Shown piece after piece: positions 26,512 to 40,254 of a DNA stretch of 64,000 nucleotides (positions are counted from its first letter, which is position 1; each line of letters opens with the position of its first letter). Below the pieces are notes generated by a model, which made no database searches, was not told the DNA's origin, and was given only the letters and a program-made list of their open reading frames with translations. The DNA is taken from contig OX597827.1 of NCBI GenBank assembly GCA_951406725.2, positions 23,746,001 through 23,810,000 of the forward strand. The letters run 5' to 3'. This DNA comes from Octopus vulgaris (lineage: Eukaryota). Made by a program: the position numbers and the translations under genes.

Positions 26512-26760
26512 TGGAGGTGCATGACTTAGTGATTAGGGTGTTGGACTCATGATTGTAACATTGTGGTTTCAATTCCTGGACCGGGCAATGCATTGGGTTC
26601 TTGAGCAAAACACTTCAGTTCACATTGGGCCAGTCCACTTAACTGTCAGAAATGAGTAATCCGGCAACGGATCGGCATCCTGTCTACATGGGGGAATTTA
26701 TACACCACTGAAACTGGGAAACTGGCCCTTATGAGCCTGGCATGGCTTGAGAAGGAAATA
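26512..26760 (+). mobile_element. tRNA-derived SINE with a gttcttgagcaaaacacttca central domain
   Basis: Pol III A/B-box-like head; related copies near 9665, 21360(-), 44134(-), 57740, 62688. Confidence 0.8.
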
Positions 26761-27422
26761 TTTCTTCTTTATATATATATATATATATGTATGTATATAT
26801 ATAATCCCTTGTACAGAACCCAAGATGGCAATACATTGCTTGTGTGTGTGTGTGTAAATCCTTTTTACAGAACCTGAGATGGCAGAATATTATTGCATGC
26901 ATGCCAACTACTCATTTGGAAATTTGCCATTGTGTACGTAAGAGAGATAGAGATTTCTGTTTATGAGGTGTGCTGTATAAATATATGTGCGTGTGTGTGT
27001 ATATATATATATATATATTTGTGGGTGATACTTTACACCAACTTGGTAGTATGTACCTGATATTCTACACCAGTTTGACAATGTGTATGTGTGTGTCTAT
27101 GTATGTATATGGAGAGGAAGGTTTATGCTGACTTTTTGGAGTTTTTTTTTAAAGAAAAAAGATTGATGTTCACACGTGATATTATACATTGTGCACATGT
27201 ATAAAAGCATACACACGCGTGCACACACACACACACACACACCATCCAACCCATGCCAACATGGGAAATGGACATTGAATGATGATGATGATGATGACAT
27301 ACACACACATACACACGGCTCTCTCATACACACGGCTCTCTCTCTCTCTCTTTATATATATATACACACACACCTCTCTCTCTATATATACACACACACA
27401 CACACACACTTGCCACTATCTA

Positions 27423-27458
<36 letters not shown>

Positions 27459-28631
27459 ATGTAATGTAATCCAACAGACATACACCCATAGTGTATGTAG
27501 AAACAACTTCCTGTGAGGGGTACTGTTTCTTTGTAATCAAAAGTTGCCAATCCTTTCCCACTTCAGCTCACCTTGATTGTGGTGATGTTGTTTAACCCAA
27601 GGTCGCTGCTGTGCCAGCACACCTATGATCAAAGACATTCCAAGTGTGAGTGTCCTATCTTTCTCACCTTATTTAAGGCAGTAGAGTGTGGTATGAGGAA
27701 GCTTTAACTGCTGTTTCTAGAATGTCAAATGACTACATTGAGCAAACAGGGGCAACTTTTCTGAGAAGTTGGCTGCATGCACCATAGCTCATTGTCAGGC
27801 TGACCACATTACCAAAGAAGATTATCTTTGTGAAATTGGGTAAGCCATCCAGAAAGTTCTGTGGGTCACAGTTTGCCCCATGACTGATATAAAGGCTCAT
27901 TCTTTAGCTGAGAATAGTAGGTCAGACATTCCAGCCTGTGCCATCCTCTCTTATTCGGGAAATCTAAGAACTACATTTGTCAATGATGATAGGATGTGGG
28001 AGACATAGTCACTATTTGTAGCCGGTCAGGCTTGGACTTGATCGTATATATGGCAAATGTTTATATCTTAAATTTTTGTTTCCAAATTACCCTTTCCTTG
28101 CACTTTTAGTTCAGCAAACAGTCTTTAGTTATGTCTTAAGCAAGCACTGTGTGTGTGTGTGAGAGAGCAAGCATTTGTCATGGACTTTTTTTGGGATATG
28201 TTTTACCTAAGACAGATACTATAAAGTTCACTACACCTGGCCAAGCACTCAGACCATAAAGGACTGAAGCATTTTTCATGTACAACATGGATTATCCAGA
28301 ACCTTTGGTTTCAAACCCTTTTTTGGTTACTCGTTTTACCAAACAGAGGGTTGTCACCCCTATACCAAACTAATATTAAATTTACCCAAATAATTAAAAT
28401 TTTTAATTAGCATTTAAACCATGGGTATCTGGCCAAAATATTCTACCGGTTTTATATCCAAACTGGCTACATCTAGTTTCTCATACCATTCTAAAAATTA
28501 ACAGTTACCTCATCGAAATCTCAAAGCTTGGAGATAATGCATGATTAATTGAAAACAAAAGCAAATAAATAAACATTGCTTTTGTGTCACCTGAATGCTA
28601 AACAATTAAACATCAAACGAGTATCTGTACA

Positions 28632-28859
28632 TTAACCTTTGCATTGTTCAGATTATTCTCTCAAATGTTACGCTTATTTATTCCCATTGCTTTGAATTAA
28701 TCATGAATTATCTCATGGCTTCAAGATTCTGAGGATGCATTGTTTATTTTTTGAATGACATTGTAGGGTAGACGTGAAGGGCCAGATTTGGCCATTTCCA
28801 ACATAAACCAGGTAGGATATTCTGGCCTGATGTGGCCAGTTTAAATGCTAAAGGGTTAA
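28632..28859 (-). mobile_element. piggyBac-like MITE, inverted relative to the adjacent copy at 28403-28609
   Basis: TTAAcctttgcatt ... aatgctaaagggTTAA; further copies near 20690, 20920 and 46460. Confidence 0.75.
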
Positions 28860-29796
28860 TATACATGATACTTCATCATCATCATCGTTTAGCATCCGCT
28901 TTCCATGCTGGCATGGGTTGGACAGTTTGACTGAGGACTGGCGAGCCAGAAGGCTGCACCAGGCTCCAATCTGATCTGGCAAGGTTTCTGCAGCTGGATG
29001 CCCTTCCTAATGCCAACCACTCCCAGGGTGTTGTGGGTGCTTTTTACATTCCACCTGCACGGGTACCAGTCAGGCAGCACTGACATTGAATGGTGCTTTT
29101 TATGTTCCCCTGGCACGGGTGCCAGTCAGGTGGTACTGACATTGGTCATACTTGAATGACACTTTTTCCGTGCCACAGACAAGGGAGCCAGTCAGGCAGT
29201 ACTGGCTGTGCAAGGTACTGTGAAAGAGGGTCACCCAGTAAACTTGTCTGGTGGCTGCAGGACATTGGAGTTTCTGCTCACAATTTAATGTGGATCATAA
29301 GGGGTTTAGGAACCGTCATTGCTTGGGAAGTGAGTGTTGTACCAATTCCACAAATCATTGGAATAATTCTACCAATTTTCTCTCTTTATTTACGTTTCAT
29401 CTTGTTTCAGTCTGTGGCCATGCTGGAGCACCACCTTCAAGAATTTTAGTCGAATGAATTAAACCCAATACTTGATTCTTTTAAGTCTGGTACTTATTCT
29501 ATCAGTCTCTTTGGCTGCACTGCTAAGTTACAGAGATGTAAACACACCAACGCTGGTTGTCAGGTGGAGGGCTATGACACACACACATACATGTATACAA
29601 TGGACTTCTTTCAGTTTCCGTCTATCAGATCCACTCATGAGGCTTTGGTTGGCCTGAGGCTATAGTAGATGACACTTGCCCAAGGTGCCATGCAGTGGAA
29701 CCATGTGGATGGGAAGCAAGCTTCTTACCACTGAGTCATGCCTTCCTCTGATGAAGAGCCCTACTGGCAATATTAGACTTTTCATCTTCTTTATTT

Positions 29797-29989
29797 ACAT
29801 TATTTACATTTGGCAGATATTTGTCCTCATTTTGTTTGTTGTTAACATGTTTCGGCTGATATACCCTCCAACCTTCATCGGGTGTCCTGGGGAATTTTGA
29901 ACCTGGGTTCTCATTCCTAAGGTATTTTTCAATGTTATTATTATTCAGGTCACTAACCCCAAGATTCCGAGTTCGAATCCAGGCAGTAA

Positions 29990-30034
<45 letters not shown>

Positions 30035-30226
30035 AATAATAATGATAATAACATTGAAAAATACCTTAGGAATGAAAACCCAGGTTCAAAATTTCCCCAA
30101 CAAACCTGATAAAAGGCTGGAGAGTATATCAGCTGAAACATTGTGTTAACAACAAACAAGATGAGGACAAATATCCGTCAAATGTAAATAATGTACATAA
30201 TTCCTCATCTTAAATATAGAACTGTA
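29797..30226. mobile_element. Inverted-dimer non-autonomous Penelope-like element with a partial tRNA head and hammerhead motifs
   Basis: Minus arm 29797-29954 and plus arm 29952-30226; B box GTTCGAATCC at 29971-29980; 10-bp TSD ttctttattt at 29787-29796 and 30227-30236. Confidence 0.8.
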
Positions 30227-30369
30227 TTCTTTATTTCACTTTTGTTCTTTAAAGTTTTTTTTTTTTCCCCCAAGCAGGCTCAAATCTCTGAATCTATAGG
30301 AAATTTATTGTGTGTGTGTATGTGTGTGATTCTCTTGTAACCAAACTTTCTCTCTTTTACATTTCGTAT

Positions 30370-30780
30370 CGATTAAAGACTGACAATAGATTTCTGTATT
30401 GAAATTGTATGGAAGATATGGTTTGTCAGATGGAAAAATTGCTGCCAAATTCAATGTTTAGTATCTCGACAACCAGCATTCAATATCACATCCTTCTGTC
30501 GGGAAAAATGATTCAATCATTTCTTTGTAAAAGAGAATTCTTTGATGTAATCCAAGAGGAAGGGGTGTTATTGATTGATTGTAAAGAGATTAAATTTGGC
30601 TGTAATTTCTGTATGTGTGGCTCCATTTCTTTCAAATATTGGAAATATTGGGATGCAGGCAGTGATAGGTTGGAATTAGTATTGAACTGAAAAGAAAAAG
30701 TAATTAAATTGGTTAAGAGGAAAAAATATTAATAAATATAAAGAATTTTCCATGGATTTAGATTTTTGGGCCATCCTGTA
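30370..30780 (+). mobile_element. Degenerate Tc1/Tc3-like transposon 3' remnant
   Basis: Ends tttttgggccatcctg-TA, resembling a Tc1-type TIR plus TA; FDVIQEEG resembles the Tc3 transposase C-terminus. Confidence 0.4.
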
Positions 30781-31936
30781 TGTGTGTGTGTGTGTTGATT
30801 TTATTTATGTGTATATGATGGAATTTGTTGTCGAAGATAACATATGAGTGTTCAATTTTTGCTGAATGACCTTCACAGATGATTTGTTTGTGTGTGCTGA
30901 ACGTTAGCTCACTGCCTCTATCAAACTGACATTACTTGCACAGGTGTGCAAGTGTGCCACATGTCAGGTGTCAAAATTATCACGAAACAACATGGAATGA
31001 AGTGTTTTGCTCAAGAACGCAAGAACCTGGGAATTGAACTCCTGATCTAGTGATCATAAGTGCAACACCATAACCACTAGGGCACACGCCTTCACACACA
31101 CACACACATCATCATCCGCTTTCCATGCTGGCATGAGTTGTATGGTTTTGACATGGAGCTGACTAGCCAGGGAGCTGTCCAGACTCCAATTGTCTGTTGT
31201 GGCATGGTTCTTGGGGCTGGATACCCTTCCTAACATGCAAACCACTTAGCAGAGTGTGCTGGGTGCTTTTTACTTGTTTCAGTCATTAGACTGTGGCCAT
31301 GCTGGGACCCCAACTTGAAGGGTTAAGTCAAATACGTCACCCCTAGTACTTATTTTTTACCTGTCTCTTCTGCCAAGCCACTAAGTTATGAGATATAAAC
31401 AAACCAATACCAACTGTCAAGTGGTAGTGGGTGACAAACGCACACGTACACATCAATATGATGGGCTTCCTCACAGTTTCCATCTACCCAATCCACCCCA
31501 CAATGCTTTGGTTGGTCTGGGGCTATAGTAGAAGACACTTGCCCGAGGTGTCCTGCAGTGGGACTGAACCTGGAACCATGTGGTTACAAAGTGATTGACA
31601 ATTTAGAAAACTGCTCTCGTAGATAAATGTGCTTTCCATGACAACGACAGAGAGAGAGAGAGGGGGGAGCAAGCAAAGAGGAAGAGAAGCAGGCAGATAG
31701 ATTCAGCTCTATCTAGCCATATAGACATGCACATGTGTGTGTGTGTGTGTGCATACTCACATGAACAAACACCTGTAAGATTCCCTTAATTACCGGCACA
31801 CACCCCTCTTTGAATACTCCCATCCATTATCAAGAATACAATAGTGAAAGGAAAATGGGGGGGGGAGCTGTAATTAAGAGCAGAATGATAGCTTGTGTGT
31901 ATACGTCCTTTCAAATGATAATGCTCTTTTGTATAC

Positions 31937-31979
<43 letters not shown>

Positions 31980-34099
31980 GACAGGAACTTGTCCAGTATG
32001 TCTTCCCTTTGTCCTTTTCACATTCGTTCCCTTTTCACTGTCCACAAGATCAGAACAAAGAAACGTTTGTTGCAATTGTTGCTGTTGTTGTTGCTGCATT
32101 CAACCATTGGTCTGTCTGTGTGTCTTAACAGCTATAATGGTTGTTTGAACAGACCAGCAACATGTCTTGTTGCTGCCTCTATATTGGTAGACTTTTCTTT
32201 TCTTGAGCAAGATACACAACTCTGTCTTTTGCCAGAAGGCTCGTGTATGATAATCTATATACATATTGCCATCATCATCAACATCACTATTGTCATCATC
32301 ATTGCTGCTTTCGTCTCTATGGATACCATCGTCACTACAAGGAGTTCAAACACCAACAGCAGCATTACTAATACCACAACACCATCAACAATAACATCAT
32401 CACCATCACTATCTTCACTACCATCACCACCACCACCATCACCACCACCATCACCTTCATCACCTTCACCACCACCATTACCTTCACCACCACTACCATG
32501 CTACCAGTGTAACTGGCTGTTATTTGGTCAGCCTGACCTTCTCATCTCTCATCCATCCTCTCTGTGGATTCACGCTGTGCTACATGTTCAATACCCATTA
32601 ACCCCATCCTGTCACTCTACCTCTATTTCCCATGACTTAGCCTCTATATAAAATCTTTCATCAGCTCTGTTGTCACATGATCTATGCTCTATACATCTGT
32701 ACTGCCAGTCATCACTCCCTCTCCTCAAGCCACTCATCCTCTGTGCCCCCCCCCCCCACCATCCCAACCACTGTTTCTGCCCACATACTTTTGATCCTTT
32801 TACCCTCTCATTTTGCCTTCTGTTGTCATGATATCTGCTTTAACCATCTTGGATATACAAATAAGTAGAGAAGAAAAACAATCCAGAAACCTCTTTAAAA
32901 AACAACTGACTTAATGTTATATTTATTAATAAAACTACCTTTCACCTACCATAGCTGTGTGATTAAGAAGTTTGCTTCCCAAACATGTGGCTTTGGGTTC
33001 CGTCCCACGGTGTGACACCTTGAGCAAGTGTTTTCTACTATAGCCCAAGGCCGAACAAAGCCTTGTGACTGGATTTAGGAGACGGAATCTGAAAGAAGCC
33101 TGTCGTGTGTATGTGTGTGTGTTTGTATCTACATGTATGTCTCTCTGTTTGTCCCACCACTGCTTGATAACTGGTGTTGGTTTGTTTATGTCCCCTGTAA
33201 CTTAACAGTTTGGTGAAATGAACCAGTAGACTTAGTAGTACCAGGGTGGTGCTGCAGCATGACTCCAATCTAATGACTGAAACAAACACAAAAAAAAAAT
33301 AACTCTACATCTCCCCTCACCATCACACCTACATAGAACCCTACATCTCCCCCACTCACCACCCCAATCCAATAATTATTGGCCATTAAATGCAGCTAAA
33401 TGTCAAAAATTAGAGAAAAATTTGTATTTTGGTGGTACTGTTGTTGCTGTTGTTGTTGTGGTGGTGGAACAATGGTAGTGATGATGGTGATGGTTAAAAC
33501 AGTGAATGGTAGTGATGATGGTGAAGTAAGCCTCATTTAGCATCCTCCTCCTCTGTATACTTCCCAGTGGGTGCCTGAGATTTTACTTAATGCCACATTA
33601 GTGGATGGATGGAGGAAATGGTGTGGTTTGCAGATGGAGTCTTTATGTGGTTGCTCACCCTGCTAAAAATAGAAACCAAATTTCCTTCAAAGCACATTCT
33701 ATTATCTTATAGGGATTTGGAAACTGGACAGGTACTTTTTTAGGACTCTGCTATAATCCAGATCTGGCTAACCACATTGAATGATAAGGAACATACAGAA
33801 TTGCTTAAGGTTATGACAATAATACCATAATAAACAAATTTTGAAGATGTGTAATTTTTCATTCTTTGTGATGTCTTGTGTGTGTATGTGTATGTATGTA
33901 TGTGGGGGAGAGAGAGAGAGAACCCAGTGAGTGTAGGCTCTTAGAGTAGACCTGGTGCAAATAATAGCCAAATTTCCTTCAACTGAAATTCTTGGAAGGT
34001 GAGAGAAGGGACAACACATTGGATAATATCTGAGTGAAGAACAAGATGGTTTGCTCTGACCTCGGGCTAAACAACACTATATTTATCATAAGGAACATC

Positions 34100-34468
34100 T
34101 TATTACCTCCACCTTCACTAAGGTGGAGGTATTGTTTTCAGTCGTGTTTGTTTGTTTGTCCGTGGACAAGATATCTCAAGAGCCGCTGGAGGGATTTCGA
34201 TGAAACTTTCAGGGATGTTTGGCCTTGTGACTGGCATGAATTGATTAGATTTTAGGATCGATCCAGTACTGGACAAGGATTCTGAATTATTTTTCCTGTT
34301 TTTTTACTTAATTTTTGAGAGCAGTTGGTTTCATTTTTAGTATTCTTGCTTGTGAGAGCAGTTGAGTTTATTTCTGATATTCTCATTTTAAAAACCAACT
34401 CTGCTTAATCGTTGAGAGGACATTGGTGTTGCCTTGGCGAAGGTTTGCGCTCTCTGAATGCTCTTGTT
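34100..34468 (+). mobile_element. Helentron-associated (DINE/HINE-like) non-autonomous element
   Basis: 5' palindrome tacctccacctt-cact-aaggtggaggta, (GTTT)n, 3' subterminal ccttggcgaaggt, small hairpin gcgctc..gaatgc, T-rich ends. Confidence 0.65.
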
Positions 34469-34499
34469 CCTGGTTACTCTCTCTCTCTCTTGTGCATGC

Positions 34500-34530
<31 letters not shown>

Positions 34531-34742
34531 GTATTTGATGCGTAAGTCCATTTATTGTCATCTCGTGCTGCCTCTGCATTTGGTTCTAGATTGACTTTGT
34601 ATATAGTGACAGTGTATTACAGTGTGCAGTGTGTGTAGTTTTATATATACCATGTATTTACTAATAACCTTAACGTCATCAACCAATTTAGGGTCCCTGA
34701 CATCCTGCTGCTAATTCTGGCTTTTGTCATGGTCCCTCAAGC

Positions 34743-34805
<63 letters not shown>

Positions 34806-36039
34806 AGGCATGTGCCATCAGTAATTACTCAGGGTAGGCAGTTGGTGACCCTTATGTAATAAAACATAAAAAATAAGCGAATCACAAGCGCGCAACTGAG
34901 TTGAAGGCAGATTTACTTCTGCCTTTATGGTACGTAAAGAAAACAGTGTTGTAGGAGTGTATGCAGCATGTGTACTACAGCAGTCTTATGTGTAGCTTAA
35001 ATACTGAGATTGAATAGTAGGGACGAATTATGTCTACCTAATCTACAAAAATTTAAATATTTTGCATTTTATGCATAATAATCAGAGTAACTTTCGCAAT
35101 TTTATTGAATTAGGTCCATATTTTGCTATAAAAGGAAAATGTTGCTATCGATCTGTTATTCATGGTAGGCCTTGCCTACCTAGGTGGCGCGTCCCTGGTG
35201 TGTGTATATAATACACATACATACATTCACATCATCGTTTTAATGTCCACTTTTCCATGCTTGCATGGGTTAGATGGAATTTGTTGAGACAAATTTCTTT
35301 TGGCTGGATGTTCTTCCTGTCACGAAGCCTCAGTTGCTTGTTTCCTTGCAAGTTAATGTTTCTCCCCAACCTTATAGAACAGGGGAAATATTACATACAT
35401 TGCTGGGAAACACTCAAACACGTGTGTGTGTGTGTGTTTCTAACTTTTTTGTTGAAATAAATGAATTGAGAAACTAAATTATTGTGGATTGCCTCCCTAG
35501 ACAAATCTATAACTCATGAACACCACACAATCTCATTTCCTTTCCCTACATAAATGTATCATCTATAAACGTTCTTTCATGTTGATGCCTGCACAAGTAG
35601 ACTTTGATTCCCATCATGTTACGATCAATACTTTAACTACCAGTTATATACCAGGGTGGAGGACAATTTCTGGTTTTGTGCCAGATGTAAGAAATCTTCG
35701 TTGCATTCTAGAAAACTGTCTGTAAAGAATTCCCCAGCACATATCCCCACCACTGGCACACATCACCACCATGCCACTACATGCCATCACTACCATCAAG
35801 AACTAATGACGCAGCTTCTAAGCAGTCACTCAACCTGCAACAAAAAAACAACCAAATCTACCTTACCTTATTAATTGGAAGGTAGGACTCACTGGGCGGT
35901 GTGGGCACAATTGGAATGCCTTTGATCTTAGGTCTGTCTGGATCAGGTTGGCCTAGGGTTAATAACAACGAGCATATTACTTGCACAGCACCACCACCAC
36001 CATCACACCATCACACCACCATATTAATAACATATCTCC

Positions 36040-36108
36040 CCTCGTCAATACAACGCAGGTGATTGTAGCATTGTGGTGGTGCTGGTGTTAACGACGAGCG
36101 ACAGGTCA

Positions 36109-36140
<32 letters not shown>

Positions 36141-37310
36141 TCGGGATTTCTATTATTTTCCATTACCCAGCTGCTGCTGTTGTTTGTTTCGTGGATGATA
36201 CTTCATCTGGATTCGAACCTCAAACTTTTCGAGTTTCCGTCATCTTTTGTTTCCCAGCCGTTACTTTCGTCTTCCCTTCAGACGGACAGCTTCGGTCAAT
36301 TTCTAAGAAAGCATGTTTACAGGTGGCGGGGACAATGTGCGCTTGTTGCTTTGTGCGTATATATTTAGTGTGTATACATGTAGCAGAAATACAAGACCAA
36401 CCTTGATTTATCAAAACCATTATCAAAGACATTCCACCCATGACCATCCTGTCTTTTTACATATCTTGAATTGCGTTGTGCAGCTTTTGTGCGGTGTGAT
36501 TTGAATAAGATTTTGCTGTTGTTTCTAGCAAGCCTAATTATTCATCTATATCTCTCGCTGGTATTTTAAAATCAGGTTGTGTGTGTGTGTGTGTGTGTGT
36601 GCATGTGTGTGTGTGTGTGTATGTATATATGCGTGTGTGTGTTTACGCTCACTCATAAGCGCGCGCGCACTGACTATTTCATGTTTAACACCTCTGTGAT
36701 TGGATCTGTGGTTTAAACGTTGTTATTCGAGTAAGCAGATTTGGAGGAGGTGGAGGTGTAATTGAGGGTAGACAGATTAGGTTAATCCCGTCAAGTATAT
36801 ACTATATCGGGAACGGGTATCCTTTTTGGAGGAGCAGATCGTACTACTGAAAACTTCCAGGGTAATTTTTCGTTGGCGTGCCGCCATTCAGAAGGTCTTA
36901 CGGGTCACGATTTGATCATAAATGTTCGATATTATAAACATATCATTTCCTCCTCCCATATAATTGACATCTTTCTCCATCGAGGAGTTGTCTGAAATTA
37001 ACTTTTTCTCTTCCCGCCATAACTATTTTCCCCCACTCTCCCCAAACCGTTTTTTTTTTTATTTACCCCTTCTGTTCTATTATTTCACTTTGGTATATAT
37101 ATATACACACACATATATATATATATACACCCCCACACACATATATACATATATATACACACATATATATACACATATATATACACACATATATACATAC
37201 ATATATATACACACACATATACACACACATATATACACACATATATACACACACATATATATACACACATATATATATATATATATACATACACATATAT
37301 ATACATACAC

Positions 37311-37342
<32 letters not shown>

Positions 37343-38530
37343 GCACACACATATATATATATACTCGTGTATATATGCATATATACCATGTTTAGTCATG
37401 TGTTATAATGTGCGAAATTTAATGCAAAATGTCAGGATCAAAATTGTAAGGTAACATTATCTTGGGATGTAAGAAAAAAAAAATAGGGGTCTAAACTATA
37501 TATCTATATATTGCTGATTTTTTTTTTAGTTGTTTTAGAAAACAAAACTGAATGTCTTTATATTAGAAAAGACACTGTATTCCAGTAAAAACGGTCCCCG
37601 GGAACACAATACGCGTATAATGCGCAGTCTTAAGTTGAAGGGAAAATTTTTTTGCATAAAATATATTCCGAAGATACTAAAAGCTCTGTTGCAGGGCAGT
37701 TTTATAGGATGAGTTTTTACAATAACAAAAACAAACATGCGCATTAAATACCGTAAACTAATTACCCCATCCCCCCCATACACACACACTCTCTCTCTCT
37801 CTCTATTTATACACACACACACTCTCTCTCTCTCTATTACACACACTCTCTCTCTCTCTCATACACACACTCTCTCTCTCTCTCTCATACACACTCTCTC
37901 TCTCTCTCTCATACACACACTCTCTCTCTCTCTCTCATACACACTCTCTCTCTCTGTCATACATATACACATACTCTCTCTCTCATACACATAGACTCTC
38001 TCTCTCTCCCTCAGACACATACATACATACACATGCACTCTCTCACTCTCATTCACATACATTCTCTCACTCTCTTTCTCTCATACATACTCTCTCCCTC
38101 TGTTATAACCACGTAAATGTTAAGATAAAGGCACACGGATCTTCTCTATCTCTTCCCGTTCTTTCACTCTTTCTCATACTCTCCCCTCAGTCGCTCTTTC
38201 TCCCCCCTCTCTCCTTCAGAAATAACTCCTTCACAGTCGTAATGCGCAATAAATAATCCCTTCTACTTTCCAAATATCTTATTTCTCTACGAGAGTCTAT
38301 CAGCCCTGCACAAACCTCTCTGTCTCTTATCCTCACCCCACACGCTTGCGCGCACACACACACGTCTTTTATCTTTTACTTGCTTCAGTCCTTATTAGAC
38401 TGCGGCCATGCTGGGGCACCGCTATGAAGAATTTTTAGTCGAATGAATTGATCGCAGTACATTTGTTTCAAGCCCGCAACTTATGAACACCACACAATCT
38501 CTTTTGTCGAACTGCTAAGTAACGTGGGCG
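36040..38530. promoter_or_regulatory. Intronic CpG-retaining island, possible alternative promoter or enhancer
   Basis: Dense CG dinucleotides in unique sequence compared with depleted flanks; CT tracts like those at the window start. Confidence 0.45.
37094..37385. repeat. Compound (TA)n/(CA)n microsatellite
   Basis: Seen directly. Confidence 0.95.
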
Positions 38531-39666
38531 TAAACAGACCGACCTTTGTTGTCAAGCAATGGGGTGGCGGGGTTACAAAGACACACAGATCATCATCGTT
38601 TAACGTCCGCTTTCCATGCTGGCATGGGTTGGACGGTTTGACTGAAGACTGGCAAGCCAGGAGGCTGCACCAGGCTCAAGGATTCTTTCAGTTCCCATCT
38701 ATCAAACCCACTGACAAGGCTTTGGTGGGCCCGAGGCTATAGTAGAAGACAGGTGCCACACAGTGGGACCGAACTCAGAACCATGTGGCTGAAAAGGAAA
38801 CTTCTTACCACAGAGCCACGTCTGTGTCTGTGCAAATGTTTCAATATAATTATGTTAAACATTAATGTAGAAGAACTAAATTAAATTAACACGTACATAC
38901 CTGGCTATGCACGTAAAATACACGAAGAAGTACAGACCATCATCATCATTTAACGTCTGCTTTCCATGCTGGCATGGGTTGGATGGTTTGATAGGAGCCT
39001 GCGCCAGAGTTTTGTGACTGTTTTGGCAGGGTTTTTACAGCTGGATGCCCCTCCTAACACCAACCACCCAGCCGAGTGGATATCAATATTGAAATTAAGT
39101 GAAGGGTAAGGAAAAAATAAAAGCATTGTAATCGTTGGTCAGGATCAACAACAGCATAACGAAGTCGACCATTTTGTCTTACAAGTACAATCTCTTTGAT
39201 AGGCTTCCACAAACTTCCTGTTGAACCATTTTTAGTTAGAATGTTTGGCTGTGGTAAAGATACCAAAAATGACACCCACTGTCTTGAAAAGGAAAAAGGC
39301 ATTGATTGATTGTGATCTGGAGTTCCCTATACACAGTGGGGCAGGAAGACAGGAAGGTCCTGGCGAGAATGTCTTTGATCAAGGGTCTGTTTGACCAGGT
39401 CAGACCTAGGGCTAAGCAACAACAGTAATAATAAAACTGTTTTTAAAATAATGTCCTCGAGAAGCTGTTTGGAAATAAGACAGGCTGGTCGTGGCTGGAA
39501 TGCCTTTGATTAGAGCTGGCCTTGGGCTAAACAATAACAGATACATCAAGGATGAAACTAACGTGACTTCCATATTTATATAGTTTTGTGTGTGTGTGTA
39601 TGAGACTGTGTCTGTAACTTTGTGGAACTGTATGCATACGTAACACAGTTCTTATTTACAAGTCCC

Positions 39667-40207
39667 TATTGAGTGAGAGAGCAGTGGGGTAAAATATACG
39701 AAGTCCAGTATACCCATCATGACTACCCGTCTGATAAGGATACACCAGGCACATGCATCACAACCAAATGTGCACGACATGGTGATCTAGTATCAAGATA
39801 AACAGCGCATGACCTTGCAGGTGGGGCCCAGTTAGAATTTTCTTCTGATCGAGTAACCCATCCCACTCAAAAGGTCCCTGAATTAGGGTTGTTTAAGGAT
39901 GTTGAATGAAACACCCATGTTTCCAAAGGTGAATTATTCAAACCCCAAACAATCCCTCTCAACACATGGCTATGATGCTCCCCCACTATTTCTGCTCATG
40001 ATCAGAGATGCACATATCGTCAGCCACTAAGGGACATGCTCAACTGGTTTAAGGTCAAACAACTGACAAGCAAATCTGTGGTATTGAGCAGAATATTTGC
40101 TGTAGCCCATCTTTTATACCAAGGCAAAACAATGTACATGATAACACTTCCAATCAGTTAAGATCAGAAGCCATGAGAGCCACAGCCTGGTACTGCATCA
40201 GAGCATT
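39667..40207 (-). mobile_element. Second copy of the (AAT)n-associated retroposon
   Basis: Reverse complement of 18523-19085; followed by (ATT)n. Confidence 0.85.
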
Positions 40208-40220
40208 ATCATCATTATTA

Positions 40221-40254
<34 letters not shown>

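Noticed and set aside
29748-29775. CTGATGAAGAGCC..GGC hammerhead-like 5' half next to the inverted dimer
   Set aside because: No GAAA or helix III follows; it may be a truncated remnant but cannot be supported.
31893-32651. 252-aa ORF with a Pro/Ser-rich stretch
   Set aside because: Built from (GT)n and (CAC/CAT)n low-complexity DNA; no convincing splice sites or domain.
36180-36210. Minus-strand CAGATGA..GAAAC resembling a hammerhead
   Set aside because: Core mismatch, 2-bp helix II and no helix III.
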